Source: the human T2T-CHM13v2.0 reference genome, Homo sapiens. Taken from it: a DNA stretch of 64,000 nucleotides. Of this stretch, positions 11,600 to 27,180 are shown one piece after another. The stretch lies in the NCBI RefSeq assembly GCF_009914755.1, contig NC_060925.1; one strand, given 5' to 3'. The notes beneath the pieces are model-generated. The model was not told the origin of the DNA and did no database searches. It worked only from the letters and a program-made list of their open reading frames with translations. Each line of letters begins with the position of its first letter. The stretch's first letter is position 1. A program made the translations under genes and the position numbers.

Positions 11600-12170
11600 G
11601 ACTATGGCTACCCACCCAGCATCCATTCCTCCCCTTTAATTCCCTGACAGAACCCTAATTTTCATTAGGCATCTCATTCTGCCCTGTATGTGACCTCATT
11701 CACAAGCTCCAGAGTTAATTTCTGATGAGTACTGGTAAATTATGGTAAGCTCATTTCCCCTGACAGTGACTGATTTAGGAATAGACATGAACTGATTCTG
11801 TCTAATAGTATGAAAGGAAATATGCTGAAGAGACTTCTGGGAAGTTTCCTAGCTCCTAAGAAAGAAGTACAAGAAAAGATACTATCTTCTTCTATTAGAT
11901 ATAGCCAAATCAAGATGTGATGTCTAGAACTGCCTCAGCCATCTAGCAACTATAAAGGGAGCTAGTGTAAGTAAATAGCCTAAGCCAAGAGAATGTTAGA
12001 ACAGAGAAAAGGAAAGAATCTGGTCCCTTGATAACAGCACTGACACACTGACCATATGGTGCCTAGAACCAACCTCTCTGGACTTCTCGATATACAAGAC
12101 AGACATTTTATTTTATAAACAAGTTTGAACCAAAATTTTTGTTGCTTATAGCCAAAAACATCCTGATAAA
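11600..12170 (+). mobile_element. Old MaLR LTR (MLT1-type)
   Basis: MLT1-like ends (acccagcatccattcctccc...tttttgttgcttatagccaaaaacatcctgata). Confidence 0.6.
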
Positions 12171-12399
12171 CTTTCAGCCAGAAAAACTGCACATTCTCTA
12201 AACACATGGAAATTGCCACAAAAATAGAACATAATCCTCTGAAATTTGGGCACATCATTTAGTGTCCATTTCTATGCCTGTTCACTCTAAGTTGACAACT
12301 GACAATTGTCTACCTGTTGACAAGACTCACCAAAATATAAATAGAACTCACAATAGACCCAATGCTTTATTTTAACATATGAATGGGTCAACCGAGAAT

Positions 12400-13450
12400 C
12401 ACCAGCTTCTGAAGATAGCAGCCTGACAGAGAAAAACCAAAATGAACAATGCTAAAATTTTAAAACACCAAAGAAAGGTTAGAAGACAAAAGTCCAGTAA
12501 ATGTCTCCGAATCAAAAGCAAAAAGATAATAGGAAATATGAGGACCATCAAACCAGGAGCTCTATTATTCAACCAATAGTAGTTTCAGAAAGAAATAAGA
12601 GAAAATGAAGAAGAAATTACCAAACCAATTAAGTAAGAAAAATTATCAGAAAGGAAAGGAGACATGAATCTTTCAATTTAAGGTGACTACTAAACAACAA
12701 AAAGTATAATTAAAAAATAAGAATGAAAGACTCAAGACATATTGTGAAATTTCAGACTGCTGATGATAGAGGATGCTATAAGCTTGCAGACAAGAAAAAA
12801 ATAGGATACCTACAAAAGAATAAAAATTACACTAGCATTAGGACTTCTCATAAATAATATTAGATGCCAGAAGACAACAGAGCACTGCTAAAAACACTAA
12901 GAGACAACACAACTTCTGGACTTCAGCTAAATTATAAATCATGTTTATTAACAGAAAAAGAAATTTTCAGACATATAATAACTCAGAATACCTCCTTTTT
13001 CTTAAGACTATTCCTTGAGAATGTGTTTAAGCAAGAGAAGGAAATAAATCTAGGAAAACAACAACCATAGGTTAATGCAGAAAAGCATTAAATAGGAAGT
13101 CCTAGGTGGATAACTGAAATAAGCCTTCTATAGGCAGAACACAGAGTTCCAAAAGATATCCACATAAAAAAACTGATATGTTACAGCAGACAGTATGAAA
13201 AAAATTCTAAAAGGCATGAGGATATGATAAAAGAACAGAATGCTAGGTAACTACCAACACCAATGTCCTCTCAAAAAAAAAAAAAAAGGTTATAAAAGAA
13301 AGCCATAGTCAAACAGATGAGAAAGTCAGCGTGGTTCTGGAAGAAAGTAATGTACCTTAACTCTAACCCTATAAGCAGTAAGGAGAATGGAAGCAATAAA
13401 TAAAAAGATGGGAAGCAATAAAGAGAACAGAAGATATTTAGGATGGTCAA
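12400..13450 (+). mobile_element. Degenerate old L1 fragment(s)
   Basis: Strongly A-rich strand bias and ORF1-region-like motifs. Confidence 0.5.
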
Positions 13451-14904
13451 GAAAAGTTTATGTTCCTACCTCAAAAAAAAAAAAAAAAAAAAGGAGGGTA
13501 ATCAGAAACTGCAGGAAAAACAGAACACTTTTTTATGTTCCTACCTCAAAAAACAGGGCAATCAGAAACTGCAGGAAAAACAAGACTTTTTTTTTAAAGA
13601 AGTTATGGTACCAAATATAAAACTTTCAAAAAATGTGACATGGTTTTAAGTACGTAGGTGAAATATAGAAAAGAAAGATGCTTTTGCATATTCTTCCTTT
13701 GAGTGATGATATAACATTGAAACCTTAGAATATGAATTAATAACTTAATAGCTGGGTCTGCAGTAAACATAGCTAGCCATAATATTTTAGAATCCACTTA
13801 TTGACAAGGCATGTAAGACCTAATGATAATTTTAAAAACAGAATATGAATTAACCCCAGCAATGTGTAGGGACAGCTGACTGAAAGAAGAAATGAGGAGG
13901 AAGAGGATAAAGTAGGGGTCATCTAACTATTCAGAGAACATGTAAGAGGACGGAATACCTGCTATCATACCAAAAAATCAAAACCTGTATAAAAACATGA
14001 CATGTATATCATACATATATGCAACTATTATATACACAAGATTAAAAAAATTTTTAATTAAAAAAAAACCCTGCCAAAGCCTTTTTAAAAAAGTATTATA
14101 AACAAATGGGTTTTGCCTCTCGTAAAAATATATTTGCCTCTGGGAAGGAAAAGTGGGCAGGATTTTCCATTGTAAGTCTTGCTGTATTATTTTATTTTTA
14201 AAAAACTCTGTACACATATTTCTTTAACTCTAGAGTTCATAAATCCAAAGATGAGCTTCAGTAGCAGTGTCCTTGGTAACTGAACAGCTTCTCACATTTT
14301 TATTCCACCATTTTCCACAAGTTTTCACTAACACAAAAAGATGGACATTAGTATTTACATTTTGATTCATTCAATTCTAATTCAAAATGCTTCTGAATGC
14401 CTCACTTAAGAATATTTAATACCAACAGAAATAAAATTTGATGGCACCTCAGATGCATTATTAAATAAATGATGTTGGTACAGCTGCCTAACTACCTGGA
14501 AAAACATGTAAATCTCTTCCTCTATACTGAAGCCAATTCCAGGTGGATTAAATATGTAAATACTGAAAGCACAGAAGTACTAAGAGAAAATGTAGGTGAG
14601 TATTTTATAACACTGAATAAAAGAAGGCTCTTCTAAGCCTATTGCTAAAGGAGAAACCTCAAAGGATAGATCATATAAACAAAAACTTCTGTAAGTAAAG
14701 AAAAAAACACCGAAGCTGAAAGCCAAAAAAAGATAAAAACTTGGAACAGAAGGGAAAAAAAGCTTAATAGTCATAATATATATGGGATTTTTACAAAAGA
14801 AAAACACCAAAATAGAAACATGTATAAAGGAAATTAAAAGGAAATCACCAAAGACAAAATAAGAAACCCCTCAAAAAACAGCAAATTAAAATGAGACATT
14901 TTTG

Positions 14905-15210
14905 GGTTGGGCGTGGTGGCTCACGCCTGAAATCCCAGCACTTTGGCAGGCCGAAGTGGCTAGATCCCTTGAGGCCAGGTGTTTGGGACGAGCCTGGCCA
15001 ATATGGCGAAACCCCTCTTTACTAAAAATACAAATATTAGCCAGTGGTGGTGGTGCACGCCAGTAATCCCAGCTACCTGGGAGGCTGAGGCATGAGATCA
15101 CTTGAACCCGGGAGGCAGAGGTTGCAGTGAGCCAAGATCGCACCACTGCACTCCAGCCTGGGTGACAGAGCAAGACTCTGTCTAAAACAATTTTTTAAAA
15201 TAAAATAAAA
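14905..15210 (+). mobile_element. Alu (S-like)
   Basis: Full dimer with flanking TSD-like taaaatgagacatttt / taaaatgggacatttt. Confidence 0.93.
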
Positions 15211-15384
15211 TGGGACATTTTTATCCAATCAGATCAATATAGTTTAAAATGTTAGTGGAGAGTATGAGAAAAAGGGAACTGTATTATATGAGTGGGTATA
15301 TAAATTGGTATATTTCTGGAAGCCCATTAGAAATGTGTATACTTTGAGACTTTAGGAATTTTTACTAAGAATATAAACACGCAT

Positions 15385-15741
<357 letters not shown>

Positions 15742-16054
15742 TCAGTGGTATGCTCTATATACTTTACATCTGACTTGAGGGTCAGGGGAGGTGGCTGATT
15801 TTAGCTGATTTGCTGATTTCTATGGTATAAATACACCTAACACGAATGATTTCCAGTTACTAACGTGACATCACGCAATGTGGAACTGGAAAGTGATGCT
15901 AATGATGGCCTTTGTGAACAGGTACAAACTGGCTCCAGCACACCAGTATCATGTTTTCAAAATACTGTTTACATTGAAAACCTGGGAAAAAATTACACTA
16001 ATAAAGAGTTGGTGAGGGCCAACTCTTTTTTAATTAAAATTAAAAAAAACAACA

Positions 16055-16540
<486 letters not shown>

Positions 16541-16654
16541 AAGAATTGGTTAAATAAATCTTGATACAACCATACAGTAAAAATTCCCAAGTTTTAAAGT
16601 AAACATCACACAAAGAATGGATTTTGTAAAAAGATTATTTATGGCTATATATAA

Positions 16655-17298
<644 letters not shown>

Positions 17299-18043
17299 TC
17301 TTTTTACTCTTTCCTATTACTTTTTTCTTAAGTTTATAAAAATCAGGAAACAAATGATGGTCATTTTTTGAGGAAAGATTACAGAACAAAAAATGTATAT
17401 AGTATTTAACAATTTAATAAGATTTCAAGATTCGTCATCATCCTGCAACAAAAACTGCTATAATCTAGCAATGTGCAGAACTTTCAAATGACTCCTGGGT
17501 TTTTACCATGCCACCACCCTGCATCGTACATAATGTTTTCAAAGTATTTTCATACATTTCAAGTACCTAAGATTATTCCATACTTAGCTCAAGTATCATT
17601 CTCCTATGAGCCTTAAGTTAAGGTTTAGATTAGTCCATTAAAACTCACTTCTGGGCACTTATTTTGAATTGCTATTTTCGTAGTCTAAGCAGGTATAGAT
17701 CATTTTCAGTCTCATTAAATTAGATTTTTCAAAGTACTAGAGAGTGAGTTAATCTACATTTGTCTTCAAAGTCTGAAACACAAAACATGTTAGCACAATA
17801 TGAATTACTGAGGCTCGGTCCTATAGAACATTATTGGTTTCATGTAGCAAATACTGGTTACCTAGTATATGTCATGAGGACAAAGATGAATAAAATAGTC
17901 CCTGTCTTCCCAAAGCACACCTCAAATGTTAGTAGAAAATAAAAACATGTAAACAAAACTTTAATGAACAGAACATTGTAGGGAACAATTAATTACCTAA
18001 GGAAGGAAAGAAAAACTTCACAAAGGAGGTGACGTCCAAGTTA

Positions 18044-18170
18044 AGTTTTGTTTGGTTTTGGTTTGGGTTTGAGTCAGGATCTTGTCGTGGAGTCCTGGGC
18101 TCAACTGATCCTCCTACTTCAGCCTACCAGGTAGCTAGGACTAAAGGCATATGCCACTGTGCCCAGCTCA
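18044..18170 (-). mobile_element. Partial Alu monomer
   Basis: tcctgggctcaactgatcctcctacttcagcc...gtagctaggact. Confidence 0.65.
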
Positions 18171-18204
18171 AGCTAAGTTTTGAAAATGTATTAAGTTTGC
18201 TGTG

Positions 18205-18495
18205 GGACGGTAACCCCAGCACTTTGGGAGGCTGAGGCAGGAGGATCATTTGAGGCCAGGAGTTCAAAGCCAACCTGGGCAATATGGTGAGACCCCATCT
18301 CTACAAAAATAAAATACACAAAACAATTTTTTTAATCAGATGGGCATGGTGGTACACACCTATAGCCACAGTTACTTGGGAGGCTCTCCTGAGACCAGAA
18401 GTTCAAGAATACAGTGAGCTATGATTGTACCACTGCACTCTAGCTCTGGGCAACAGAGTGAGACCCTATCTCAAAAAAAAAAAAAAAAAAAAATA
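18205..18495 (+). mobile_element. Alu (J-like)
   Basis: Dimer with long poly-A tail. Confidence 0.88.
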
Positions 18496-18870
18496 GTGCA
18501 AAAGCAAAGAGTTATGATAGACTATGGTTTGGAAAGTGAATTCGGTATGGCTGGAGAAGACTAAACACAGATACATCTAGAAGAGGTACAGTTGACCTGA
18601 TTATTAATGTAAACCACACTAAGGGGTTTGATCTTTTATCCTGCAGGCAGTTAGGGCACAGGTTTTTAAAAAATAAGTAAAAATTAAATTTGTGTTTTAG
18701 AAAAATGCCTCACTGTGATAACTGTGATGATTGGACTGAAAAGAGGAACCGACAACTAAAACATTTACTTAAGGGAGCCCAAGACAAATGGTTTTCAAAC
18801 TGTGCTCATTTTTATAAGCAACCAACTAAAAAAAAGTAGTTTTGCTTATTTGAGAAAAAGAAATATTTAC

Positions 18871-19013
18871 CGTCGTCTTTTGAAGGGTGACTTTGGCATA
18901 TCTGCTGTAGGGATCATCTGTTCTCCTGGCCTTACCCACATTATAGGCCCATCATCACTCTGGGACCTACACTGGAGTCGGAGGCTAGAAAGTGTACCCC
19001 AGGGCAAAGTCAT
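18871..19013 (-). CDS. RSBN1: RSBN1 exon 4 (MTLPWGTLSSLRLQCRSQSDDGPIMWVRPGEQMIPTADMPKSPFKRRR); missed by the ORF track
   Basis: tttctag| at 19013, CG|GTAAAT at 18871; 143 nt, open frame, phases match. Confidence 0.96.
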
Positions 19014-19331
19014 CTAGAAATCAGACGGATTAGTCACATTAAAAAATTGTTTCAATGATTTATAAGTTAATCCTCCCACCCAAATAAAAGTTCTAAGAAG
19101 GCTTTTTTACAACTGTATATAAAGAAATAAATGCTATTTACATAGTAATTTATATTAAAAAGAATAATTGAATTTAAGTACTTTGTACTAATATTATTCT
19201 ATCTAAACATTTCTGTGCAAAACACTGGATAAATTTAATTTCAATAGGCAATATTAGCTAAATACTCTTCAACATATAAAGTGCCCACTTAAGTAAAGAT
19301 CAAAACTTTAATAATCTTAATTAACACTCAC

Positions 19332-19469
19332 TTTCAGAAATGGTGATTCTTCTAACATATCAAGGAACTCTGGGAAATAATCACCAACTTCTTCATCTAC
19401 TGCTCCAACGAGACTTATCTGCCGCATAGGACCTGCTCGGTAGGTGCCACAGCAGTATGTCCTGTTGAC
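19332..19469 (-). CDS. RSBN1: RSBN1 exon 3 (VNRTYCCGTYRAGPMRQISLVGAVDEEVGDYFPEFLDMLEESPFLK); missed by the ORF track
   Basis: ttttatcttag| at 19469, AAA|GTGAGT at 19332; 138 nt, phase 0-0. Confidence 0.96.
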
Positions 19470-19948
19470 CTAAGATAAAACAAAAGAGGGAAAAATGGAC
19501 TGAGGTACAACTATAATATAATTAAAGAATTAAAATAGGTTATTGTTTCCAACGTTGCCATTTCTTCTACAAACTAAGAACTGAATGGTCAATACCTTGA
19601 ATAAAGTCAGAGAGGCACCCAAGCACACTGACAAATACACTAATACATATGCCACAAGCAAATTTCAATGTGTGATTTAACCTGAAGATCTCAAAGAAAC
19701 ATTGAAGACATTAATATCTATTTAATACTTAAACTTCTCTAAAAATGATTTTTTTAACTTTGTAATATTTTAGAGTGTGATCTTTATTTAAGAAAAAAAC
19801 ATATAAAAGTAAAATCATCAGGGCAGGGAGAAAAAAAGACCATAGTCATATTAATCTTCCATGTTCATTTTGTACTCCCTAGCTTCAAAGTCTTCACTTT
19901 AGCCCAGATACCAGGATACGAGGCTCACTGTTACCAAGACAGGCCAAT

Positions 19949-20260
19949 CTTTTTTTTTTTTTTTTTCTTTTTTTTGAGATGGAGTTTCACTCTTTGTCCC
20001 ACAGGCTGGAGTGCAATGGCATGATCTCAGCTCACTGCAACCTCCACCTCCCAATTCAAGCAATTCTCCTCCCTCAGCCTCCCAAGTAGCTGGAATTACA
20101 GGTGTGCGCCACCATGCCTGGCTAATTTTTGTATTTTTTTAGTAGAGATGGGGTTTCAACACGTTGGCCAGGCTGGTCTTGAACTCCTGACCTCAAGTGA
20201 TCCACCCGCCTTGGCCTCCCAAAGTTTTAGGAGTACAGGTGTGAGCCACCAAGCCTGGCC
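19949..20260 (-). mobile_element. Alu (Sx-like)
   Basis: Reverse Alu with TSD ccaatctttt on both sides. Confidence 0.93.
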
Positions 20261-21401
20261 CCAATCTTTTTCTCTACTCAACTTATGACAAACTTATTTC
20301 TACCTCCAGTGATTTTTCTCTTGAATCTGCCCAATCTGGAATGTCCTCTTTTCTGTCAACCCAAATCGTATCCATCTTTCAAAGAGCAGTTCAAAAGCTC
20401 TTTTTTTCCAGAAGTCTTTCTGGTCACACTCCATGATCTCTCCCTTCTCTGAAGTCTAATGTTACCTATGAGCAACATATATTTTCTCTATATCAACTCT
20501 CCAGTGAATTTAGGACATATCCTACATAAATATGCAGCCCAGAGCATCCTATCTAGCATCTGAATGGAATCTATCATTAATTCCATACAATCTGATACTA
20601 TTCCTCTAGTCATTTCATGTATGTTCTTATCTTATGTAATCTCCAATTTAGAGTTTCTCAAGGATAGAGAGATGGATCCTGTACATAGCAATGGACTAGA
20701 CTAGAAATGCTGTATTTAACCAGAATTTCCACTTCAGATCAGTTACCTAGCATTTTCTACCTCTGTTAAAATGCAGATTAAATTTAAAAGCCTAACATAT
20801 AGCTGTACCTTTATATAAAATGGCTCTTTAATGAACATTAAAAAAAATTTAAAGAATCTACTGTCATGTTTTAAATACCACCTATTTTGCCTTAATAGGA
20901 AACAGTCTACATAAATGACCATCTAGGATATCTTACCACAATTCTTCACCATTTGTTCTTTAGCAGCATTTTTAGAATCAATTTTTTTCCATAGACAATT
21001 TAACATCACCCACACATATATACACAGAAAAAAAGGCTGTAGATCTTGTTCTCAAATAGCAGGGGTAGGGATTTTTTAATTCCTTACAAATCCTCCCCCC
21101 AAGATCACTTTAGATGATTCTTAAGCAGCAGCCACCCAGGCCAGAATTACTTTATATATATTCATATGAATTACTTTCCATAAGTTTGGTATGATCATCA
21201 TGCCATAAAAAGCCAGGGGTGGCAGCATGGAACAAAGGCTCATCATGGGATATAGAGATAAGGAAGGGGAAGAAAGGTAAGTCTTTTTAAATCATTATTC
21301 TAACCTTTCTAAGCACTCTAAAACAACTAAAGTAGATTTAACCTTCAGCAACATTTCTAGGAATCATATGCTTTTAGGGGTAATAAGAAATTATCAGTCT
21401 C

Positions 21402-21696
21402 GGCCAGGCACGGTGGTGCATGCCTGTAATCCCAGCACTTTGGGAGGCCAAAGCAGGTGTATCATGATGTCAGGAGCTCAAGACCAGCCTGGCCGAGATG
21501 GTGAAATCCCGTCTCTACTAAAAATACAAAAATTAGCCAGGCACGGTGGTGCATGCCTGTAGTCCCAGATACTCGGGAGGCTGAGGCAGAGAACTGCTTG
21601 AACATGGGAGGCGGAGTTTGCAGTGAGCCAAGATCGTGCCACTGCACTCCAGCCTGGGCGACAGGGCAAGACTCCGTCTCAAAAAAAAAAAAAGAA
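21402..21696 (+). mobile_element. Alu (S-like)
   Basis: Full dimer; TSD aagaaa(t)tatcagtctc. Confidence 0.93.
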
Positions 21697-24239
21697 ATAT
21701 CAGTCTCCCCCAAACACCTCTCCCAACTATTCCCAGTCTCAGAAATTCCTTTACTAAGAAAGGCTTTCTCTCTATACAGGCATTTTATGGGACAAATGTC
21801 CTAAAGACCTATCATGATCTTTTTAAAATCTTTTTCCCAGCCAGAAGTGACTCTTAAGACCTATCCTAATTTAAAGCAGCCAAAACTCAAGACCAATCCT
21901 AAAGAAGTACACTGCCATGTGGCAGTTTTCAATTTACTTGGCCTGAGATTATACAACTCAATGCATTATTAATTTGAAGGAATTCATACTACTTTAAATT
22001 TTACACACAAAGTGAGACTGAATTAATATTCTTATATCACACCACTCCAAGTTTACCTAATTCAAACACCACTAAACTCAACAGCACTGAACTTGAAGAC
22101 AACTTAGAAAGGTAAACACCTAGAATAATCAACATGTGACATGAATAAATATGAAGCATCTTTTCCTATTTGCAAAGAGAATAAAAAGTAAACCTAAAAA
22201 AGAGGAAGGCGGGAGCAACAGAAGACAAAGAAAGGGTATGACCACAAAATATAGCGACCTCATAATTTCGCCAAGACCAACATGTTTATTTTCATATATA
22301 CACAAAGAAAAGCTTCTCATCTTACGAGGATCTTCAGGTTCACACCTTTGTGTGAGCACCAATGTTGTATCCATGAGTGACAAAGAATTAACAATGTTCA
22401 ATTTTTATTTCCTGGCAGAAGAGCCATCAAGTAAACAACTATGCTACAAAATACTAGGACTGGATTTTGAAAGCTGCAATGTATAAAGCCTATTTGGATA
22501 ACTGTAGCTAACTTAGCCTAGCTAGAGAAAGCCCTTATTAGTAAACCACAACCTTCCTGTTTTCATTCCTTTACTTACATGAAATTAGACCTCTAGCTTT
22601 CTGTGACCTACGTTTTTTTCTCAGTATCAGTCCCCTCCTTCTTTCAGCTGCTTCCATATCTAGTCTAAACCTCAAGGTTTATCCCTCTCTCATAAACACA
22701 CTCTCATCCTCTATCCCAGTCCTTCCACCAGCCCTGCCTGCAAACCCCAGGCCTGAAACATTCAAACTATCCATCCCACCTCTGGACTTTTCCATTCCAT
22801 AGGCCAATAAATCTCTTTCATCATTTAAGCCCATTTTAAAATTGACTATCCTGCAACTTGCCATCAAAAGCACCAAGATATATATACCTTTTTCACATAA
22901 GAATCCTACTTCTGTAATACTAGTCTGTAGTACCTGTCTCTATTGCCTCACCTCACCTTTTATTCACATCTCATATCATTGCAATCAGGCTTCTGCCCAT
23001 ACCACTCCCCTGAAACAAATCACTGATGACCTCTTCACAACCAAATTCAAGGAATGCTTTGCAATCACCTGCTTTCTTGATTTCCCTTTCCAGGCTTCCT
23101 CCTCTCCAAAACGTGGTTGTTGCAGAGTTGGCCCAGTTTTCATTCCACATATTATCTGTGGGTGGTTTCAATTATACTACAGATTTAACTACCACCTGTA
23201 CCCTACTACATTCCATATCTACATCTCTAACTTAAAACTCTGCCTCAGATTCAGATCTTAACATACAAATGCCTCCTGGGCAGCCCACAGACACCCTCAA
23301 ATTTAATACCTACAAAACAGAGCTCGTTTTTTTGTAAGGTTCCCTTCCCCTCCCAAACCTTCTTTTTCTCCTTCTGTATGTACTTCGCCGGTTAATAATA
23401 TTCATTTTCTCAGGTCCTAAATCAGGAATTGATAAATCCCTCTTCCTCATCACTTAAATCAAAATCTATCCTTCTAACTAAATCTGCAGTACCACTGCCT
23501 TAATTCAGGAAATTATCATTTCTCACCTAATTGTAAAACCTCTTAACCAGTATCCTTGCTTCAGGATTCCTATCCCCAAGAGCCATCCTACATACTGCTA
23601 CAAATAATCTAGGAAAAAACATCTTATCATTCAACCTTCCCATTTTAAATCCTTTAGTAGCTCCATATTACCTGTAGCATCAAACTAGAAAATCCTTTTT
23701 AAGGAAGACAAAGCCCCTCCTGATCTATTATTCCAAGGGAATAACAGACCAAGATTTGCCACATTCTCCACATTTGCCACATTCTAAATATACATTTCGC
23801 AAATTCTAAATAATTTCTGCTGCCTCCACAAGTTTTCACATGTTATTGTCCACCTTTACAACTCCTATATTTCCTTGATGGTATAAAATGACTCAAAATA
23901 AGGTTTCAAGCTCAAAGAACGAAAGTACATAACATTTACAGATTTTAGGTAAGTTAGATTTGGAGTTATAACTAGATCAAAAAAGGTAAGGAATAGATGC
24001 ATAGATTTGGAAATTGTCTATAACATATAATTTTTTAAGTGACTAAGACTTGAGAGAAAGAATAGAAAGAGACAGAACCAAGAACTGCACTTAAAGGAAA
24101 ACAGATATTTGACAGACAGGAGGAAGAGTTAGCTAAAGAAATTGTGAAAGGATGAGTTAAGAAGTAATGCAATTAAAATGATGTAAGAATAACGTTTCAA
24201 AAATGGTCAAGGACAACTATTTTTTAAGAAAAACAAACT

Positions 24240-24690
24240 GGCTGTTATGAATAGTGCTGCAATAAACATGGAAATGCAGATCTTCAACATACTGATTAAA
24301 TTTCCTTGAGTTGGACATATACCAAGAAGTGGAATTGCTTGGTCATGTGGTCGTTCTATTTTTAATTTTTTAAGGAACATCCACACTGTTGACCATAATG
24401 TCTGTACTAATTTAGATTGACATTAACTGTATAAAAGTTCTCCTTTTTCCATATCCTCACCAGCATTTATTTTTTGTCTTTTTGTTAACAGCCAGAACTG
24501 GGGTGAGGTGATATCTAATTGTAGTTCTGACTTCCATTTCCCTGATGATGAATTATGTTGAACATTTTTTCATATACCTGTTGTATGTCTTCAAATTTCA
24601 GAATGTCTATTTAGGTCTTTTGCCCACTTTTAAATCAGATTATTTCGTTGTTGTTGTTATTGGGTTGTTTGAATTATTTACATAAATTTT
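24240..24690 (-). mobile_element. L1M fragment
   Basis: atgaatagtgctgcaataaacatgg...catttccctgatgatg...ctatttaggtcttttgcccac. Confidence 0.75.
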
Positions 24691-25199
24691 AGGCCACAGG
24701 GCAGAAAATACTATCTGGTCCTTAATAGAAAAAGTTTGCCAACCCCCAATTTAAACCACTCACAAAAGAAATCAAGCAATATGTTTGAATACAAACTTTG
24801 TGAAAGAGAACAATCTGTATTATTCAATATTATATATCTGTAATACAAAGTGCCTGGTATGTAGTCATAAATATTTGTTGAATTTCTGTATGTTAAGGCT
24901 AGAAATGAAGTAATCAACCACAAACTCTGGCAAAAAGAAAAAAAAGGGGTGGAGGGGGAGAAGAAGAACTGCTGATTACCAGTCTATCACTTGCATTTAA
25001 AAATTTAATAAATGCAAATGTTTGTGATACATTTAAATAATTAACAGCATAACAATGAACAGCAGTTATGACCACAAATTCAACATGCACCAACTTTCAA
25101 CCTGAAAAGGCTGACAAGAAAAAAAAAAAAGAGAGAAAAAAATAGATAAAACAAAAAAACATTCACCAACTGTAGGAAACTAATGCCAAACAAGCAAAG

Positions 25200-25590
25200 T
25201 ATTCCTTCTTTTTAGTAAGAAAATTTCCTGGGCATATGGCCAATAAGCTAGGCTCCCTGACAGCTAAATGCGGCCTGTGCCTAAGTTTGGGCCAATGAGA
25301 CAGTCACATAAGTTACATATGCAATCTTCAGGGCATACCTTTATAAGGAAGTGGCTTGCCCTCCACTTCCTTTTTCTCTTTTGAGGGCTGCAACACAGAG
25401 TGGTAAAGAGCTAGTCTCAATCATGCACATGACAACACCAGTAGGAACGACAAAAATTAAAGACAGAAGGAAACTAGCATCCTGGATGACAACAAGGAAC
25501 AGAGTTGCTTACCTCGGGACTGCTAAACAAGAGACAAACTTTTGTTCTAGCCACTGCACATTGGTCCTCATTGTTATGGTTTTTTAGCCT
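25200..25590 (+). mobile_element. Old MaLR LTR (MLT1-type)
   Basis: ctaagtttgggccaatgaga and 3' ctagccactgcacattggtcctc motifs. Confidence 0.5.
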
Positions 25591-25897
25591 ATACCTTGTA
25601 TACTTTGTAATGAGGGAGGCAATATTCTGCATTGCACAGAGATATCATCTGGGGTGTGATCTCCCGATCTGGCCTAAAAAATATCTATAACTAGGGCACA
25701 CCCAAAATAGAACATTTAAAGTGATTAGGGACTTGCAAACCATACAAAATGGAGGAAGAATGCAAGAAATCAAAAGTATTTCAAAAGTATTTAACTTGAA
25801 AAGATTAAAGGAGGGACACAACAGTCTTCAAATACTTGGAGGCCTGTAACATGAGTTACAGGAAAGCAGGTGTCATTCATTTACCACAAGTTTATTG

Positions 25898-27180
25898 TAC
25901 AGTCATGTGTCACCTAATGACAGAAATACATTCTGAGAAATGTCATTAGGCAATTTGTGGTTGAGAACATCACAGCTTGTACTTACACAAATCTAAGTGG
26001 TATAGCCTACTACACACCTAGGCTATATGACATAGCCTATTGCTCCTAGGCTACAAAACTTACAGCATGTTATTGTACTGAATACTGTAGTCCAGTGGTC
26101 CCCAATCTTTTTGGCATGAGGGACTGGTTTTGTGGAAGACAATTTTTCCACGGAAAAGGGCAGGGGGTTGGCAGGCATGGTTCTGGATGAAACTGACCCA
26201 CCTCAGATCATCAGGCATTAGTCATATTCTCATAAGAAGTGTGCAACCTAGATCCCTCGCATGCACAATTCACAACAGAGTTCACACTCCTATGAGAATC
26301 GAATGCTGCAGGTTATCTGACAGGAGGCGGAGCTCAAGCAGCAATGCTATTATAGCTTGCTGCAGCCAGGTTTTTAACAGGCCACAGACCAGTACTGGGG
26401 GACCAGTACAGTTGAGGACCCCTGCCGTAGATACCTGAAACACAATGGTAAGTTTTTATGTATCTAAACACATTTAACTTCCCATGCTTGCAGAATAGGG
26501 AGTTGTTATGGGTCAGTGAGTGAGTGGTGAGTGAATGTGAAGGCCTAGGACACTGCTGTACACTACTGTAGACTTTATAAACAGTGTACACTTAGGTTAC
26601 ACTGATTTTTAAAATTTTTCTTTCTTCAATAATAAATTAACTTTAGCTTACTGTAATTTTTATAAACTTTATGAGTTTTTTAATTCTTTGACTCTTGTAA
26701 TAACACATAGTTTAAAACACATTGTACAGCTATACAAAAATACTTTCTTTACGTCCTTATTCTGTAAGGTATTTTCTACTTAAAAACTTTTTTTTTTACT
26801 TTTTTTAAACCTTTTTTGTTAAAAACAAAGATACAAATGCACACATTGGCCTATGCCTACAACAGGGTTGGAATGATTAATATCACTGTCTTTCATCTCC
26901 ACATCTTGTCCTGCTGAAAAGTCTTCAGGGGCAATAACACTCACGGAGCTATCATCTGCTATGATAACAAAGCCTTCTTCTGTAATATCTCCTGAAAGAT
27001 CTGTCTGAGGGTGTTTTACAGTTAACTTTTTTTTAATAAGTAGAAGTATGTTCTAAAATAATGATAAAAGGTATAGTAAATATAGTAAGTGATAGGAATT
27101 TTTCAGCTCCATTATAATCTTATGGAGTCAGCGTTACATATGCAGTCTGTCATTGACTGAAACGTCACTACATAGCACAT
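25898..27180. mobile_element. TcMar-Tigger DNA transposon (Tigger3b-like), interrupted by MER1
   Basis: cagtcatgtgtcacctaatgacag...cattctgagaaatg start; gcctactacacacctaggctatatg; degenerate terminal repeat near 27160-27180. Confidence 0.75.
26093..26424. mobile_element. hAT-Charlie MER1B-like element nested in the Tigger
   Basis: Terminal inverted repeats cagtggtccccaa ... ttgaggacccctg. Confidence 0.8.

Noticed and set aside
16003-16028. 10-bp stem-loop AAAGAGTTGG-tgaggg-CCAACTCTTT followed by Ts, resembling an intrinsic terminator
   Set aside because: Eukaryotic intron; a 10-bp stem can occur by chance at this scale
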